Source of the DNA: Vulcanimicrobiota bacterium
Lineage (GTDB): Bacteria > Vulcanimicrobiota > Vulcanimicrobiia > Vulcanimicrobiales > Vulcanimicrobiaceae
DNA length: 64,000 nucleotides
Direction: 5' to 3'
NCBI GenBank assembly: GCA_963695225.1
Contig: OY968762.1
Span: forward strand, 1,536,001 to 1,600,000
The number at the start of each line of letters is the position of its first letter. Position 1 is the first letter of the stretch. Both the position numbers and the translations under genes were made by a program. This document shows positions 18,864 to 29,368 of the stretch, piece by piece. The notes beneath the pieces were generated by a model. The model worked only from the letters and a program-made list of their open reading frames with translations. It was not told the origin of the DNA and made no database searches.

Positions 18864-19814
18864 ATGGACTTACGCCACTTGGAGACCTTCCGTACCGTTG
18901 CGACCGAGCAGAGCTTCACTCGCGCCGCCGAGGTGCTGAGCTACGCGCAATCCAGCGTGACGGCCCAGATCCAGACGCTGGAGACGGAACTCGGCGTCCC
19001 TTTGTTCGAACGGCTCGGTAAACGCATCTCGCTGACGACGGCGGGGGAGCAGCTCCTCCCCTACGCGGGGCGGATCCGCGACCTGGTCGAGGAGGCGCGC
19101 GCCAGCATCCGGCTCGACGCCCCCCCGGCGGGAACGCTCGTGATCGGGTCCGCGGAGACGCTCTGCACGTACCGGCTCCCGGGCATCCTACGGGCGTTCC
19201 GTAAGAATTATCCCGAGGTTCAGCTGACGATTCACGCAGGCGAACCCGAGGATTCCCGCCGGGATCTCGCGAGCGGCCAGATCGACGTGGCGATCCAGTT
19301 CGGCGACGACGGCGATGACGACTCGGGCCTGCACGCGATCGACCTCGTCGCGGAACCGCTCTCGGTCGTCGCGGCACCCGACCACCCGCTAGCGGGGAAA
19401 CTGCGCGTCAGCGCGCGCGAGCTCGCACGCTCGACGGCGATCCTGACCGAGAACCAGTGCGGCTACCGCCGGCTCTACGAAGCGCATCTCCGGCGCGCCG
19501 GGTTCGATCCGGTCTCGACGCTCCATTTCAACAGCGTCGAGGCGATCAAGCAGTGCGTGATGGCCGGGCTCGGAATCTCGATTCTGCCGACGGTCGCCGT
19601 CGAACGGGAACTCAGCCGCGGCAGCTTGACGCGCCTCAACGTGACGCTCCATGCGGAGATCCGCACGAAGCTGACCTACCGCCGCGAAAAATGGCTCTCG
19701 CCGACGCTCCGCGCCTTCATCGACCAGGCGCGGCAGACCCTTGGAACCGACGCCCGCGAGAAAACCGCAGCCGTTCCTGCGGCGCTTCCGGAGCCCGTCT
19801 CCTCGGCCGTCTAA
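18864..19814 (+). CDS. LysR family transcriptional regulator
   Basis: MDLRHLETF, SFTRAAEVLSYAQSSVTAQIQTLE, LFER; RBS GGAG. Confidence 0.93.
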   Translation: MDLRHLETFRTVATEQSFTRAAEVLSYAQSSVTAQIQTLETELGVPLFERLGKRISLTTAGEQLLPYAGRIRDLVEEARASIRLDAPPAGTLVIGSAETLCTYRLPGILRAFRKNYPEVQLTIHAGEPEDSRRDLASGQIDVAIQFGDDGDDDSGLHAIDLVAEPLSVVAAPDHPLAGKLRVSARELARSTAILTENQCGYRRLYEAHLRRAGFDPVSTLHFNSVEAIKQCVMAGLGISILPTVAVERELSRGSLTRLNVTLHAEIRTKLTYRREKWLSPTLRAFIDQARQTLGTDAREKTAAVPAALPEPVSSAV

Positions 19815-21070
19815 CCAGGCAGAGAAGCCGAGCGCAGGAACGGCGCCGGCGCACCTTCGCCTTCGGCCGGACCGGCAGCGGGCGGCTCGGCGCCGAACAG
19901 GCGCAGGACGGCCTTTGAAGTGGCTTCCGTGCGGAACAGTTCTTCGACGCGGGCACGCCCCGCGCGTCCCAGCGTGCGGCGGAGTTCGCGGTCGAGGATG
20001 AGCGCATCGAGGGCCTGGGCGAAGCGGTCGGAATCGCGCTGCGGGAACAGCAGCCCGTTCGCGGGCGTGACGATCTCCGGGATGCTTCCCGTATCCGACG
20101 CGACGATCGGGAGGCCGGCGGCCGCAGCTTCGGTCAGCGCGACCGGAATGCCCTCGAACTCCACCTCGGTTTCTGTGCTCGACATGACCGAGATGTCCCA
20201 GTCCGCCCGGTTCAAGCGTTCGAGCACCACGTCGTGCGGGATCTGCCCCAAGAAGTTCACCCGCTCCGCGATGCCGAGGTCCCGCGCCAGCTGCGCCAGA
20301 TCGTCGCGGAGCGGCCCGTCGCCGACGAGATCGCATCGGAAATCGCGGCCGAGCGCGGCGAGTTTCCCGAGCGCTTCGAGCAAGTAGCGGTGCCCCTTGA
20401 CCGGCGCGAGCCGGGCCGCGCAGACGATCCGCGGGACGCGTTCCGGCGGCTCGACGATCCGCTCGGGGACCTCGACGCCCAGATAGACGACGGCGCAGCG
20501 CGCCCGCGCCCCGGACGGGACGAGGTCGCGCAGATGCGCGCAGTTACGTTCGGAGATCACGCGCGTGAACGTCGCGTCGGCGACCTTCTGCGCGGTCAGG
20601 TTGTCCGCGAAGATGTCGTGCGAGTGCGCAGTCATGCTCCACGGGATCCCCGAGAGCATCGATGCGATATAGGCGGCGGTCGAGGGTGCGGTCAGCCAGT
20701 GGGCGTGGATATGGTCGGCCCCGATCTCGCGCACGCAGCGCGCGAGCGCGAGCCCCTTCGGGAAGACCGTCAGGTTCACGAATTTCGAGCGCAGCGAATA
20801 GCGCGGACCGAAGACCCGGATGAAGGCGCGCGCGACGGCGAACCGGTCCCGCGCAAATTCGCCCGCGGCGGCGAGCCAGACCTCGCGGCTGGCGAGGCCC
20901 ATGAATCGAGACTGCGTCCCGGGCAGGTCGAAATCCAGCGTCGCCTTCGGCGGCCGAGTCGGTATGAGGACCAGATCCAGCCGGCGCGAAAGCGAGCGCA
21001 CCTCGGGTTCGAGGAACTGCTCCCCAAGCGCCTCAAACGGGAACCACCGGGTGACGTAGGCTACTCGCAT
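19811..21070 (-). CDS. GT4 glycosyltransferase (WcaL-like)
   Basis: HIHAHW, TAHSHDI, ARLAPVKG, EGIPVALTEA. Confidence 0.88.
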   Translation of the reverse strand: MRVAYVTRWFPFEALGEQFLEPEVRSLSRRLDLVLIPTRPPKATLDFDLPGTQSRFMGLASREVWLAAAGEFARDRFAVARAFIRVFGPRYSLRSKFVNLTVFPKGLALARCVREIGADHIHAHWLTAPSTAAYIASMLSGIPWSMTAHSHDIFADNLTAQKVADATFTRVISERNCAHLRDLVPSGARARCAVVYLGVEVPERIVEPPERVPRIVCAARLAPVKGHRYLLEALGKLAALGRDFRCDLVGDGPLRDDLAQLARDLGIAERVNFLGQIPHDVVLERLNRADWDISVMSSTETEVEFEGIPVALTEAAAAGLPIVASDTGSIPEIVTPANGLLFPQRDSDRFAQALDALILDRELRRTLGRAGRARVEELFRTEATSKAVLRLFGAEPPAAGPAEGEGAPAPFLRSASLPG

Positions 21071-21132
21071 CCTTGCCTTCGATTCTCCCAACACGGCGGT
21101 CCGGCGCCTAGGCGCGGCCGGGCCCCGCCTGC

Positions 21133-21146
21133 GGGACCATCGACCC
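21133..21146. promoter_or_regulatory. DosR-like box GGGAC-CATC-GACCC upstream of the GT4 gene
   Basis: One mismatch to GGGAC-N4-GTCCC; centre 52.5 bp from TGG-GAGAAT (-10, 21087-21082). Confidence 0.6.
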
Positions 21147-21164
21147 ATCCGCCCGCGCGCCAAG

Positions 21165-22996
<1,832 letters not shown>

Positions 22997-23053
22997 ACAC
23001 TCGCACTTAGACGGCGCCGGGCGGAACCCCGCTGAACGCGGGGCCCGCGATCT

Positions 23054-24448
23054 CTAGTAGCTGCCGGCGGGGATCTGGACCAACTCGAAATCCGAGGAAC
23101 TCAAGCCCTCCAAGCACGAGCTCCAATACGTCCCCGACGCTTCGCCTGCGGCTTGCAGATCCGGCAGGATCGTCGAGGACCACGGGCTCGATTGCCCTAG
23201 AGCAGTGTACGAGAGCGTGCTCTGCGTGATCAGCGAGAGGCCCGTGCTGCCGGTGTCGTACGTGTACGCGCCGTACGTTGCGAGCGCCGTCAGGACCGTC
23301 TTGCATTCGGCTGAATGATTCGACGCGGCGATCTGGCTCGCGCTCCACACCAGATGCACCATGTCGCCATACGACGGCGCCCCCGACCAACCGCAACTGG
23401 TATCGGTTCCGCCGGCGGCGAGATCGGCCGGATAAACCGTCGGACTGTTCAAACAACGCGTCGCCATCGCAAGCGCGTGGTCGATGTGCCCGTTGAGCAA
23501 TTCCTGCGCCGTGATGTTCATGATGCCCGCGGCGTACCCGCCGTGCACGGCATCGGATCCCGTGTCCGTAATGCCGTTGCCGCCGAGCGGATACATCCCG
23601 CCCCACGTGCAAGCCACCGAGCCGGAACCGATCGAGCACTGGTATCCGTCGAATTCGAAATTCTGCGTCGCATCGATGATCGCGATATGGCCGTCGCTGT
23701 TCGCTTCCGGTCGTGCCCCGCTCGGGACATGAATCTGCAATCCGTCCGCGTTGCAGCGACCGTACCCCGTGCACGAAATCGTCTTGACCGGGTCGCTCGC
23801 CGACGAGAGGTACAACGGGAACATGAACGTCGCCGGGCTGAGATCTTGCGATCCGATCCCTTGGCTCCATAAGCTATCCATCGCGGAATGCGCGAGGACG
23901 ACGGCTCCGGCTGCTTTCTCTTGCGCGACCGTCGTGCGGAACGGACTGCCGCTGCTGAACCACTGCGAGTAGACGCCCGGGATGGCTCCGCCGGACGACG
24001 CACCCGTGCTGGTGAACACGAGTTGGACCTGGTTCACTTGCCCGGCGCTGATCGCCGCCGTCGTCGAGGCCGTCGCGAGCGTGTTCCCAGTGCCGTCCTG
24101 ACCATCGTAGAGCGTACCGTCGAACCGCACGTTCCCCGCGGGGACCTGGAGGTTCAGCGAACACGTCGTCGTGCAGTTCGAAACGGCTTGGCTCGTGCCG
24201 GCGCCGCTCGTCGCGACCAACTTGACCGATTGCACCGATCCGGACGACGCGGCGCTGACCGAACTCGTCTTCGTCAAACCGATCACGACGGTGACGCTGA
24301 CGGCCGTCGGCGACGAACCCGTGGCCGGCAACGCCGCCGTACTCGAATTCCCCCCTCCGCCTCCGCCGCAGGCCGCAAGCAGCGCCGTCGAGACAGCGCT
24401 AAGGAACAGCGTCATGACGCCCTTTGAGATACGGCTGGTCGCGTTCAC
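23054..24448 (-). CDS. Lipoprotein, paralog 1 (Ig-like N-module plus conserved C-domain of unknown function)
   Basis: Lipobox LAAC followed by poly-Gly; homologous along its length to the neighbouring gene. Confidence 0.8.
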   Translation of the reverse strand: MNATSRISKGVMTLFLSAVSTALLAACGGGGGGNSSTAALPATGSSPTAVSVTVVIGLTKTSSVSAASSGSVQSVKLVATSGAGTSQAVSNCTTTCSLNLQVPAGNVRFDGTLYDGQDGTGNTLATASTTAAISAGQVNQVQLVFTSTGASSGGAIPGVYSQWFSSGSPFRTTVAQEKAAGAVVLAHSAMDSLWSQGIGSQDLSPATFMFPLYLSSASDPVKTISCTGYGRCNADGLQIHVPSGARPEANSDGHIAIIDATQNFEFDGYQCSIGSGSVACTWGGMYPLGGNGITDTGSDAVHGGYAAGIMNITAQELLNGHIDHALAMATRCLNSPTVYPADLAAGGTDTSCGWSGAPSYGDMVHLVWSASQIAASNHSAECKTVLTALATYGAYTYDTGSTGLSLITQSTLSYTALGQSSPWSSTILPDLQAAGEASGTYWSSCLEGLSSSDFELVQIPAGSY

Positions 24449-24589
24449 CTTGGGGCCCCCGGAAGCGGCAACGGGAAAAGGGTGAACCGAGTGGGGTTCA
24501 CCTGACGATTGCTTCCTTACCCAAAGCCGACGCGTTTTATAACCTGTTACGCCAGCTATTTTCAGAAGGCGACGTTAGTTACCGATTTC

Positions 24590-24683
24590 TGTGGATAACT
24601 TACGTCAGCGCGCGCAGATTATTGAGTATTTCTTCTAATATCAACACGTGTTGCGTTGTGAATACTGTGAATATCGTGGATAA
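24590..24683. promoter_or_regulatory. AT-rich segment with a DnaA-box-like cluster
   Basis: Perfect TGTGGATAA at 24590-24598; tandem TGTGAATAC, TGTGAATAT, CGTGGATAA at 24657-24683. Confidence 0.45.
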
Positions 24684-24693
24684 TCGTTCGCAT

Positions 24694-26142
24694 TTAGCAA
24701 CTTGACTGCGTGACGCACGGATCGAGGAAGACGAAGCTGTTGGCGACGGCAGGCGGCCAACCGTCCGTCAACCATTCCGTGCCCCCGCCAAGCAGCGTGG
24801 ATTTCACGGTGTTCCACGCGGCCGCTTCCGAGGACGGCGCCGACGCCGCGCTGCGGTAGACGGTCCAGGATTCCGCGCCTTCGCTATCCATCAAGAATGC
24901 GCCGTAGTGAGCGAGGGCCTTCGCGACGATCGTCTTCGTGACGGGCATTCCGAGCGCGTCGATTTGCGCGTCGGTCATGTTCAACCACAAGCGTCCGCCC
25001 ATCGGCGCGCCGTTCCCCGTGGCGCACGGCCCGTCCGGAGCCGAGGTCGAGGGGTAGACGGTCCCGCTTTCGCACGGCCCGTCGAGCAAGAGCGCATGGT
25101 TGATGCTCCCCTGCAGCAGGTCCTCCGCCGTGATGAGCCCGGCGGCGAACGAGGCTTGCCCCGCGTTTGCCGCACCGTGATAGACGACGGACCAGCCGCG
25201 CCCGCTCGCGTTCGCGCCGGTCGTCGTGTCGTACCACGTTCCGCTCGAAATGTTGCCGTTCACGCCGGCGTTCGCCGCTTGATACAGTTCGTACACCGTC
25301 ACGTGGTCGGGCGCGATGAGGATCATGTGCGAGTCGCCGCTTCCGTTCAGTTGCGTGACCGCGCCGGCCGGAACGTGCAGCGCTTGTCCTTCGAGCCCCG
25401 GGCAGCCCCACGAAGCCGTGCAATGAATCGCGTGCACGGGATCCGCCGCCGTCGTAACGTACACGGGAATTCCGCCGTCATTCGCGTTGCCGATTTGCAG
25501 CGGCGTGTACGTCGTCCACGTTCCGATGCCGCCGTGATTCGCGTTGTATTCGTTCACCGCCCGCGCGGACCACGTCGCGATGTGGCTCGCGGGATTGAGC
25601 GCGTCGAGCCGCTGCGTGAAGACGTTCGCGCTCGTCCATTGCGGCCAGCCTGCGACCGGATAAGAAGCGCCGGCGGGAGCCGGCGTCGGGCTCGTGCTCG
25701 CGCTCGTGCTCGTGAAGACGAGCTGAACCTGATTCATTTGCCCGATCGCGATCTGAGCCGTCGTCGTGGCCGTCGCGAGCGCGTTGCCTGCGCCATTCTG
25801 GCCGTCGTAGAGCGTGCCGTCGAATCGAACGGTTCCCGGATTCACTTGCAAGCTCACAGAGCACGTCGTCGCGCAATTCGACATAGCTTGCGCAACGAGC
25901 GTCCCGCTCGTTGCGATCAACTTGACTGATTCGATCGAAGAACTCGCCGCGGTCCGGCGCACCGCGGAGCTCGCGTTCGAGCCGATCACGACCGTCACGC
26001 TGACGGGGGTCGCCGAAGTACCGCCGGGCAACGACGGGCCGGCAGCGCCTCCGCCGCCTCCGCCGCAGCCCGTCAAGATCGATGCAAATGCAAGACAGAG
26101 GAAGGCCGTCGCGCCCTTCGACTCCGTTCTGATCGCCTTCAC
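24694..26142 (-). CDS. Lipoprotein, paralog 2
   Basis: GTG start after GAGGTG, lipobox LTGC plus poly-Gly; shares VSVTVVIG...VRFDGTLYDGQ...NQVQLVFTST with paralog 1. Confidence 0.8.
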   Translation of the reverse strand: MKAIRTESKGATAFLCLAFASILTGCGGGGGGAAGPSLPGGTSATPVSVTVVIGSNASSAVRRTAASSSIESVKLIATSGTLVAQAMSNCATTCSVSLQVNPGTVRFDGTLYDGQNGAGNALATATTTAQIAIGQMNQVQLVFTSTSASTSPTPAPAGASYPVAGWPQWTSANVFTQRLDALNPASHIATWSARAVNEYNANHGGIGTWTTYTPLQIGNANDGGIPVYVTTAADPVHAIHCTASWGCPGLEGQALHVPAGAVTQLNGSGDSHMILIAPDHVTVYELYQAANAGVNGNISSGTWYDTTTGANASGRGWSVVYHGAANAGQASFAAGLITAEDLLQGSINHALLLDGPCESGTVYPSTSAPDGPCATGNGAPMGGRLWLNMTDAQIDALGMPVTKTIVAKALAHYGAFLMDSEGAESWTVYRSAASAPSSEAAAWNTVKSTLLGGGTEWLTDGWPPAVANSFVFLDPCVTQSSC

Positions 26143-26315
26143 TTCATCACCTCGGGCCGCCGCACGCTTTGCATCCCGGTGAATCGGCAGCAGGCCGGCG
26201 ACGCGAGAGAGCAGGCCGGAAATCGTGACGCGCTTAACAACTTTGCGCGCGCGTTTGGAAACGGCGAGCGAGGAAAGCGCAAGCGCGCGCGGCACGCGGC
26301 GGAGTCTCCTCGAAT

Positions 26316-26329
26316 GAGCCGATCGTCCC
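26316..26329. promoter_or_regulatory. DosR-like box GAGCC-GATC-GTCCC upstream of wzy
   Basis: Centre 52.5 bp from TGG-CACGAT (-10, 26375-26380). Confidence 0.55.
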
Positions 26330-26387
26330 AAACCGCGGTGGCGGTAGGCACTCGCAAGAACGACTCGAGGATGGCACGATAGGACGC

Positions 26388-27842
26388 GTGAGCTCCCCCG
26401 CGCAAACCCTCGGCCCGACGGCATCGCTAGGGTCGGCGAATCGGTCTCTGCTCCTCGCGGGGCTAGCGCTCTATGCGCTGTTCACGGCAGCCGAACTGAC
26501 CGGTTTCGGGCCGATCCCGCTCGGCGAGTTCCGCGTGGCGGGGAGCTTGGCCCTAAGCTTTGGGCCGGTCGCGCTCTATCTCTTGCTCAAGCATCCGCTG
26601 CTCTTCCCGTTCGGGCTCTACCTGTTCGCGATCCCGATCGACGCGATCCTATTGAACTCGAGCGGCGCCACGGGCGCCCGCGTCGTCGCGATCGCTGCGG
26701 CCGGGGTTCTCGCGCTGCACATCCTCGCTCGCCGGGAGCTCCGCCGCCCGGGCGTGGCCTGGTTCGCCTGGCTGGCGCTCGTGACGTGGGCCGGCCTCAG
26801 CATGGTTTGGACGATCAACGGCGCCGGGACCGCGCTCCTGTTCGGGACGGTCCTGCAGCTCTTCTTGCTGACGACGATCCTGGCCGTCTACCCGGCGTCT
26901 CGGACCGAGCTCACGAGCATGTTGGCCGTCGTCGTCGCCTCCGGGATATTCGCCGGGTGTTACGGACTCTTCGGCTACTTCACCGGCCGCGTGACGGAAG
27001 GCGGCGAAGTGAGCAGGCTCTCGCTCAAGACCGATAGCGGCCTCTTCGTCGACCCGAACGCCTTCGCGACGAGCTTCGTCCTGCCGATCGCGCTCGCGCT
27101 CGCGGCCCTCTCCTCTTCGAAGAATCTCGCCGTCCGGGTCCTCGCGGGACTGTCCATCGTCTTGATGATGTCCGGCGTCCTGCTCTCCGGTTCGCGCGGC
27201 GGGTTGATCTCGACGCTGCTCGTGTTCGCCTACTACATGATTCGCGGCCGGCAACGCATCATCACGGTCGTACTCGCCGCCGTCGGGCTAGGCTTGAGCC
27301 TCGTGTTCCCGGCCGTATGGACGCGCTTCGCCACGGACGACGGCGCGGGCGGGAGCGGCACCGGGCGGACGTTCATCTGGGCCACCGGCTTGCGCACGTT
27401 CAAGGAGCACTTCCTGGCGGGCTCGGGCTTCGGCACCTATGGCGACGTGTACGACCGGAACTTCTTTGGAGTCTACCAGCAGGTGTTCCAGGGTTGGGAT
27501 CGCCCGGGGCACAGTCTCATCGTCAGCTCGCTCGTCGAGATCGGCGTCATCGGCCTCTTGATCGTCCTCGGCGCCTGGTTCCTCACGTTCCGCGAGCTGC
27601 GCACCGTGAAGCGGCAGAGCTTCTTCTATCCCATTCGCGTTGCGCTCGAGGCGTCGCTCATCGCGCTCTTCTACGAGGCGCTGACGATCGACACGCTCTA
27701 CATCAAGTTCTACTGGCTCGCGTTCGGGCTCGTCTTGATGGTCTCGGCGGCCGCCCGCAAAGAAGCCTTGGAACAAGCCGAGCCGGAGCACGACGCGCCG
27801 GCCGGCCGGACCCTCGGCGCCCGCATCCCCGGCTACCTCTGA
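26388..27842 (+). CDS. wzy: O-antigen ligase/Wzy-type polysaccharide polymerase
   Basis: About 12 TMs; DPNAFA, SGSRGG, GRTFIW, GSGFG, HS motif. Confidence 0.8.
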   Translation: MSSPAQTLGPTASLGSANRSLLLAGLALYALFTAAELTGFGPIPLGEFRVAGSLALSFGPVALYLLLKHPLLFPFGLYLFAIPIDAILLNSSGATGARVVAIAAAGVLALHILARRELRRPGVAWFAWLALVTWAGLSMVWTINGAGTALLFGTVLQLFLLTTILAVYPASRTELTSMLAVVVASGIFAGCYGLFGYFTGRVTEGGEVSRLSLKTDSGLFVDPNAFATSFVLPIALALAALSSSKNLAVRVLAGLSIVLMMSGVLLSGSRGGLISTLLVFAYYMIRGRQRIITVVLAAVGLGLSLVFPAVWTRFATDDGAGGSGTGRTFIWATGLRTFKEHFLAGSGFGTYGDVYDRNFFGVYQQVFQGWDRPGHSLIVSSLVEIGVIGLLIVLGAWFLTFRELRTVKRQSFFYPIRVALEASLIALFYEALTIDTLYIKFYWLAFGLVLMVSAAARKEALEQAEPEHDAPAGRTLGARIPGYL

Positions 27843-27941
27843 ACCGGGGCCCGAGCCGGATTCGCCATCGCAGGCCTTGCGCGCGTTTGGAAGCAGCCGT
27901 GCGCCCGACGCGGCCGGTGGTTCCCAGGCGCGCGGCGGCGA

Positions 27942-28316
27942 TCAGGCGGCTTGCGAAACCAACCGGATCAGCGAGGAATCGTCATCCGCCTTCGAGAGCA
28001 CGGCGCTCGCTCCGGCGATGAAGCACGAAGCGGAAAACAGCTCGTCGGTGTTCGCGGAATAGACGATGATGCGCGCAGCCGGCACGCTTTCGCGGATCGC
28101 GCGAATCGAGCACAGCTCGTGCTCCGAGAAGTCGACGTCGAAGAACACGAGACCGGGATCGTGCCCTTGCAGATCCCGCTCGTCGATCGTCGGGCGCATC
28201 GCCACGACCGTGCATCCCGCCTTGGTCAACAGCGATTCAAGGTACGGCAGAAAGAACCGCTGTGGTTCGATGACGTACGCGCGCTTGGACCCCTCGGCGC
28301 CGGATGAGAGCTGCAT
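27942..28316 (-). CDS. Stand-alone atypical receiver-domain protein
   Basis: REC fold pattern YVIEPQ...VFFDVD...IIVYS...GASAVLSK; no output domain. Confidence 0.75.
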   Translation of the reverse strand: MQLSSGAEGSKRAYVIEPQRFFLPYLESLLTKAGCTVVAMRPTIDERDLQGHDPGLVFFDVDFSEHELCSIRAIRESVPAARIIVYSANTDELFSASCFIAGASAVLSKADDDSSLIRLVSQAA

Positions 28317-28374
28317 GCCGTCATTTTGACAGCAACAATGATTTCTTAACAGTCCGGGTTGGGGAGCGGGCGAT

Positions 28375-28388
28375 GGGACCTAGGTCCC
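28375..28388. promoter_or_regulatory. Perfect DosR-like box GGGAC-CTAG-GTCCC inside a longer hairpin
   Basis: Centre 53.5 bp from TGT-CAAAAT (-10, 28328-28323). It could also act as a stem-loop after the NarL-family gene. Confidence 0.55.
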
Positions 28389-28400
28389 GTCGCCTCTCCG

Positions 28401-29048
28401 CTAAACGAGCCCGTTCCGAATCGCGTAGACTGCGGCGCGCGAACGCGCGTTGATGTTCAGCTTCGCGAAGATGTGGCTGATGTGGTTCTTGACCGTCTTT
28501 TCGGAGAGGGAGAGGCGGACGCCGATCTCCTTGTTCGAGAGCCCCTCGGCAATCAAGCGAATGATCTCGCTCTCGCGACGGGAGAGCTCGTTGAGATCGC
28601 GACTGACGCCGGCGCGGCGGCGAAGCATCGTTCCCGCTATGCGCGAATCCGCGTAGAACTCGCCGCCCGCGACGGAGCGGACGATCTGGACGAGCGCCTC
28701 CGGCGTGATGTCTTTGACGATGTAAGCATCGGCATTGGCCGCCAGCGCGCGCTGCATGACTTCGGCGCGAAGGTGCATCGAGAGGACGCAGACTCTCGCC
28801 CGCGGCGCGGCTTTGGCGCAAGCGGCGATCGCTTCTTCCATCTCGACCGCATGCCCGTCGATGTCGAGGACGATCAAATCGGGCTGGAGTTTCACGAGCT
28901 GCGAGTTCGCGGTGCTGTCGGCGTGGCCGATCACGTTGATGGACGGATCTTGACCAAGGACTTGGCAGAGCGCCTTGGCGACCAAGAGCTGGCTCTCCAC
29001 CAAAAAGACGCGGACTGGATTAAATGCAACTGCCATGTTCTTAACCAT
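28401..29048 (-). CDS. NarL/LuxR-family response regulator with a DosR-like recognition helix
   Basis: REC domain (PDLIVLDI) plus HTH LSRRESEII...GLSNKEIG...LSEKTVKNHISHIFAKL. Confidence 0.92.
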   Translation of the reverse strand: MVKNMAVAFNPVRVFLVESQLLVAKALCQVLGQDPSINVIGHADSTANSQLVKLQPDLIVLDIDGHAVEMEEAIAACAKAAPRARVCVLSMHLRAEVMQRALAANADAYIVKDITPEALVQIVRSVAGGEFYADSRIAGTMLRRRAGVSRDLNELSRRESEIIRLIAEGLSNKEIGVRLSLSEKTVKNHISHIFAKLNINARSRAAVYAIRNGLV

Positions 29049-29207
29049 TGCCTCCAAGCGCGAGAGAATGACGATACCGACCAACGTCCATAATGAAATC
29101 GGATCGGAGCCGAGGGCGCGCCATGTAGACGACACCCACAACCCTATTAGACCAGGACGTTTGTCGTAGGACAATCCGGGTTTTCGGGGATATATCCCAA
29201 ACCGCCC

Positions 29208-29221
29208 GGGTCAGTCGTCCC
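29208..29221. promoter_or_regulatory. DosR-like box GGGTC-AGTC-GTCCC upstream of the regulator (possible autoregulation)
   Basis: One mismatch to consensus; nearby related sites AGGAC-GTTT-GTCGT (29154-29167) and palindrome GGGATATATCCC (29187-29198). Confidence 0.5.
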
Positions 29222-29368
29222 ACCGACACGCCCATGGTACAGGTACGGCGTCCAAAAATCGTCCACGGCGCTTCGCGCGGCACATGCGATCCCGGCGATA
29301 TGGCCAAACGGCGACGCCCGCGGTATCCGCGGGCGTCGTTGCACTTGCCTGGGCTCGGGGGAGGGGTC

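Noticed and set aside
19811..21164. GT4 as part of a TPP-regulated thiC operon
   Set aside because: The 94-bp gap contains its own candidate -10 and DosR-like box, so independent EPS-linked control is more likely.
24530..24612. dif (XerCD) site
   Set aside because: The ATAA...TTACG arms are separated by 1 or 4 bp instead of the required 6, and the XerD arm is poor.
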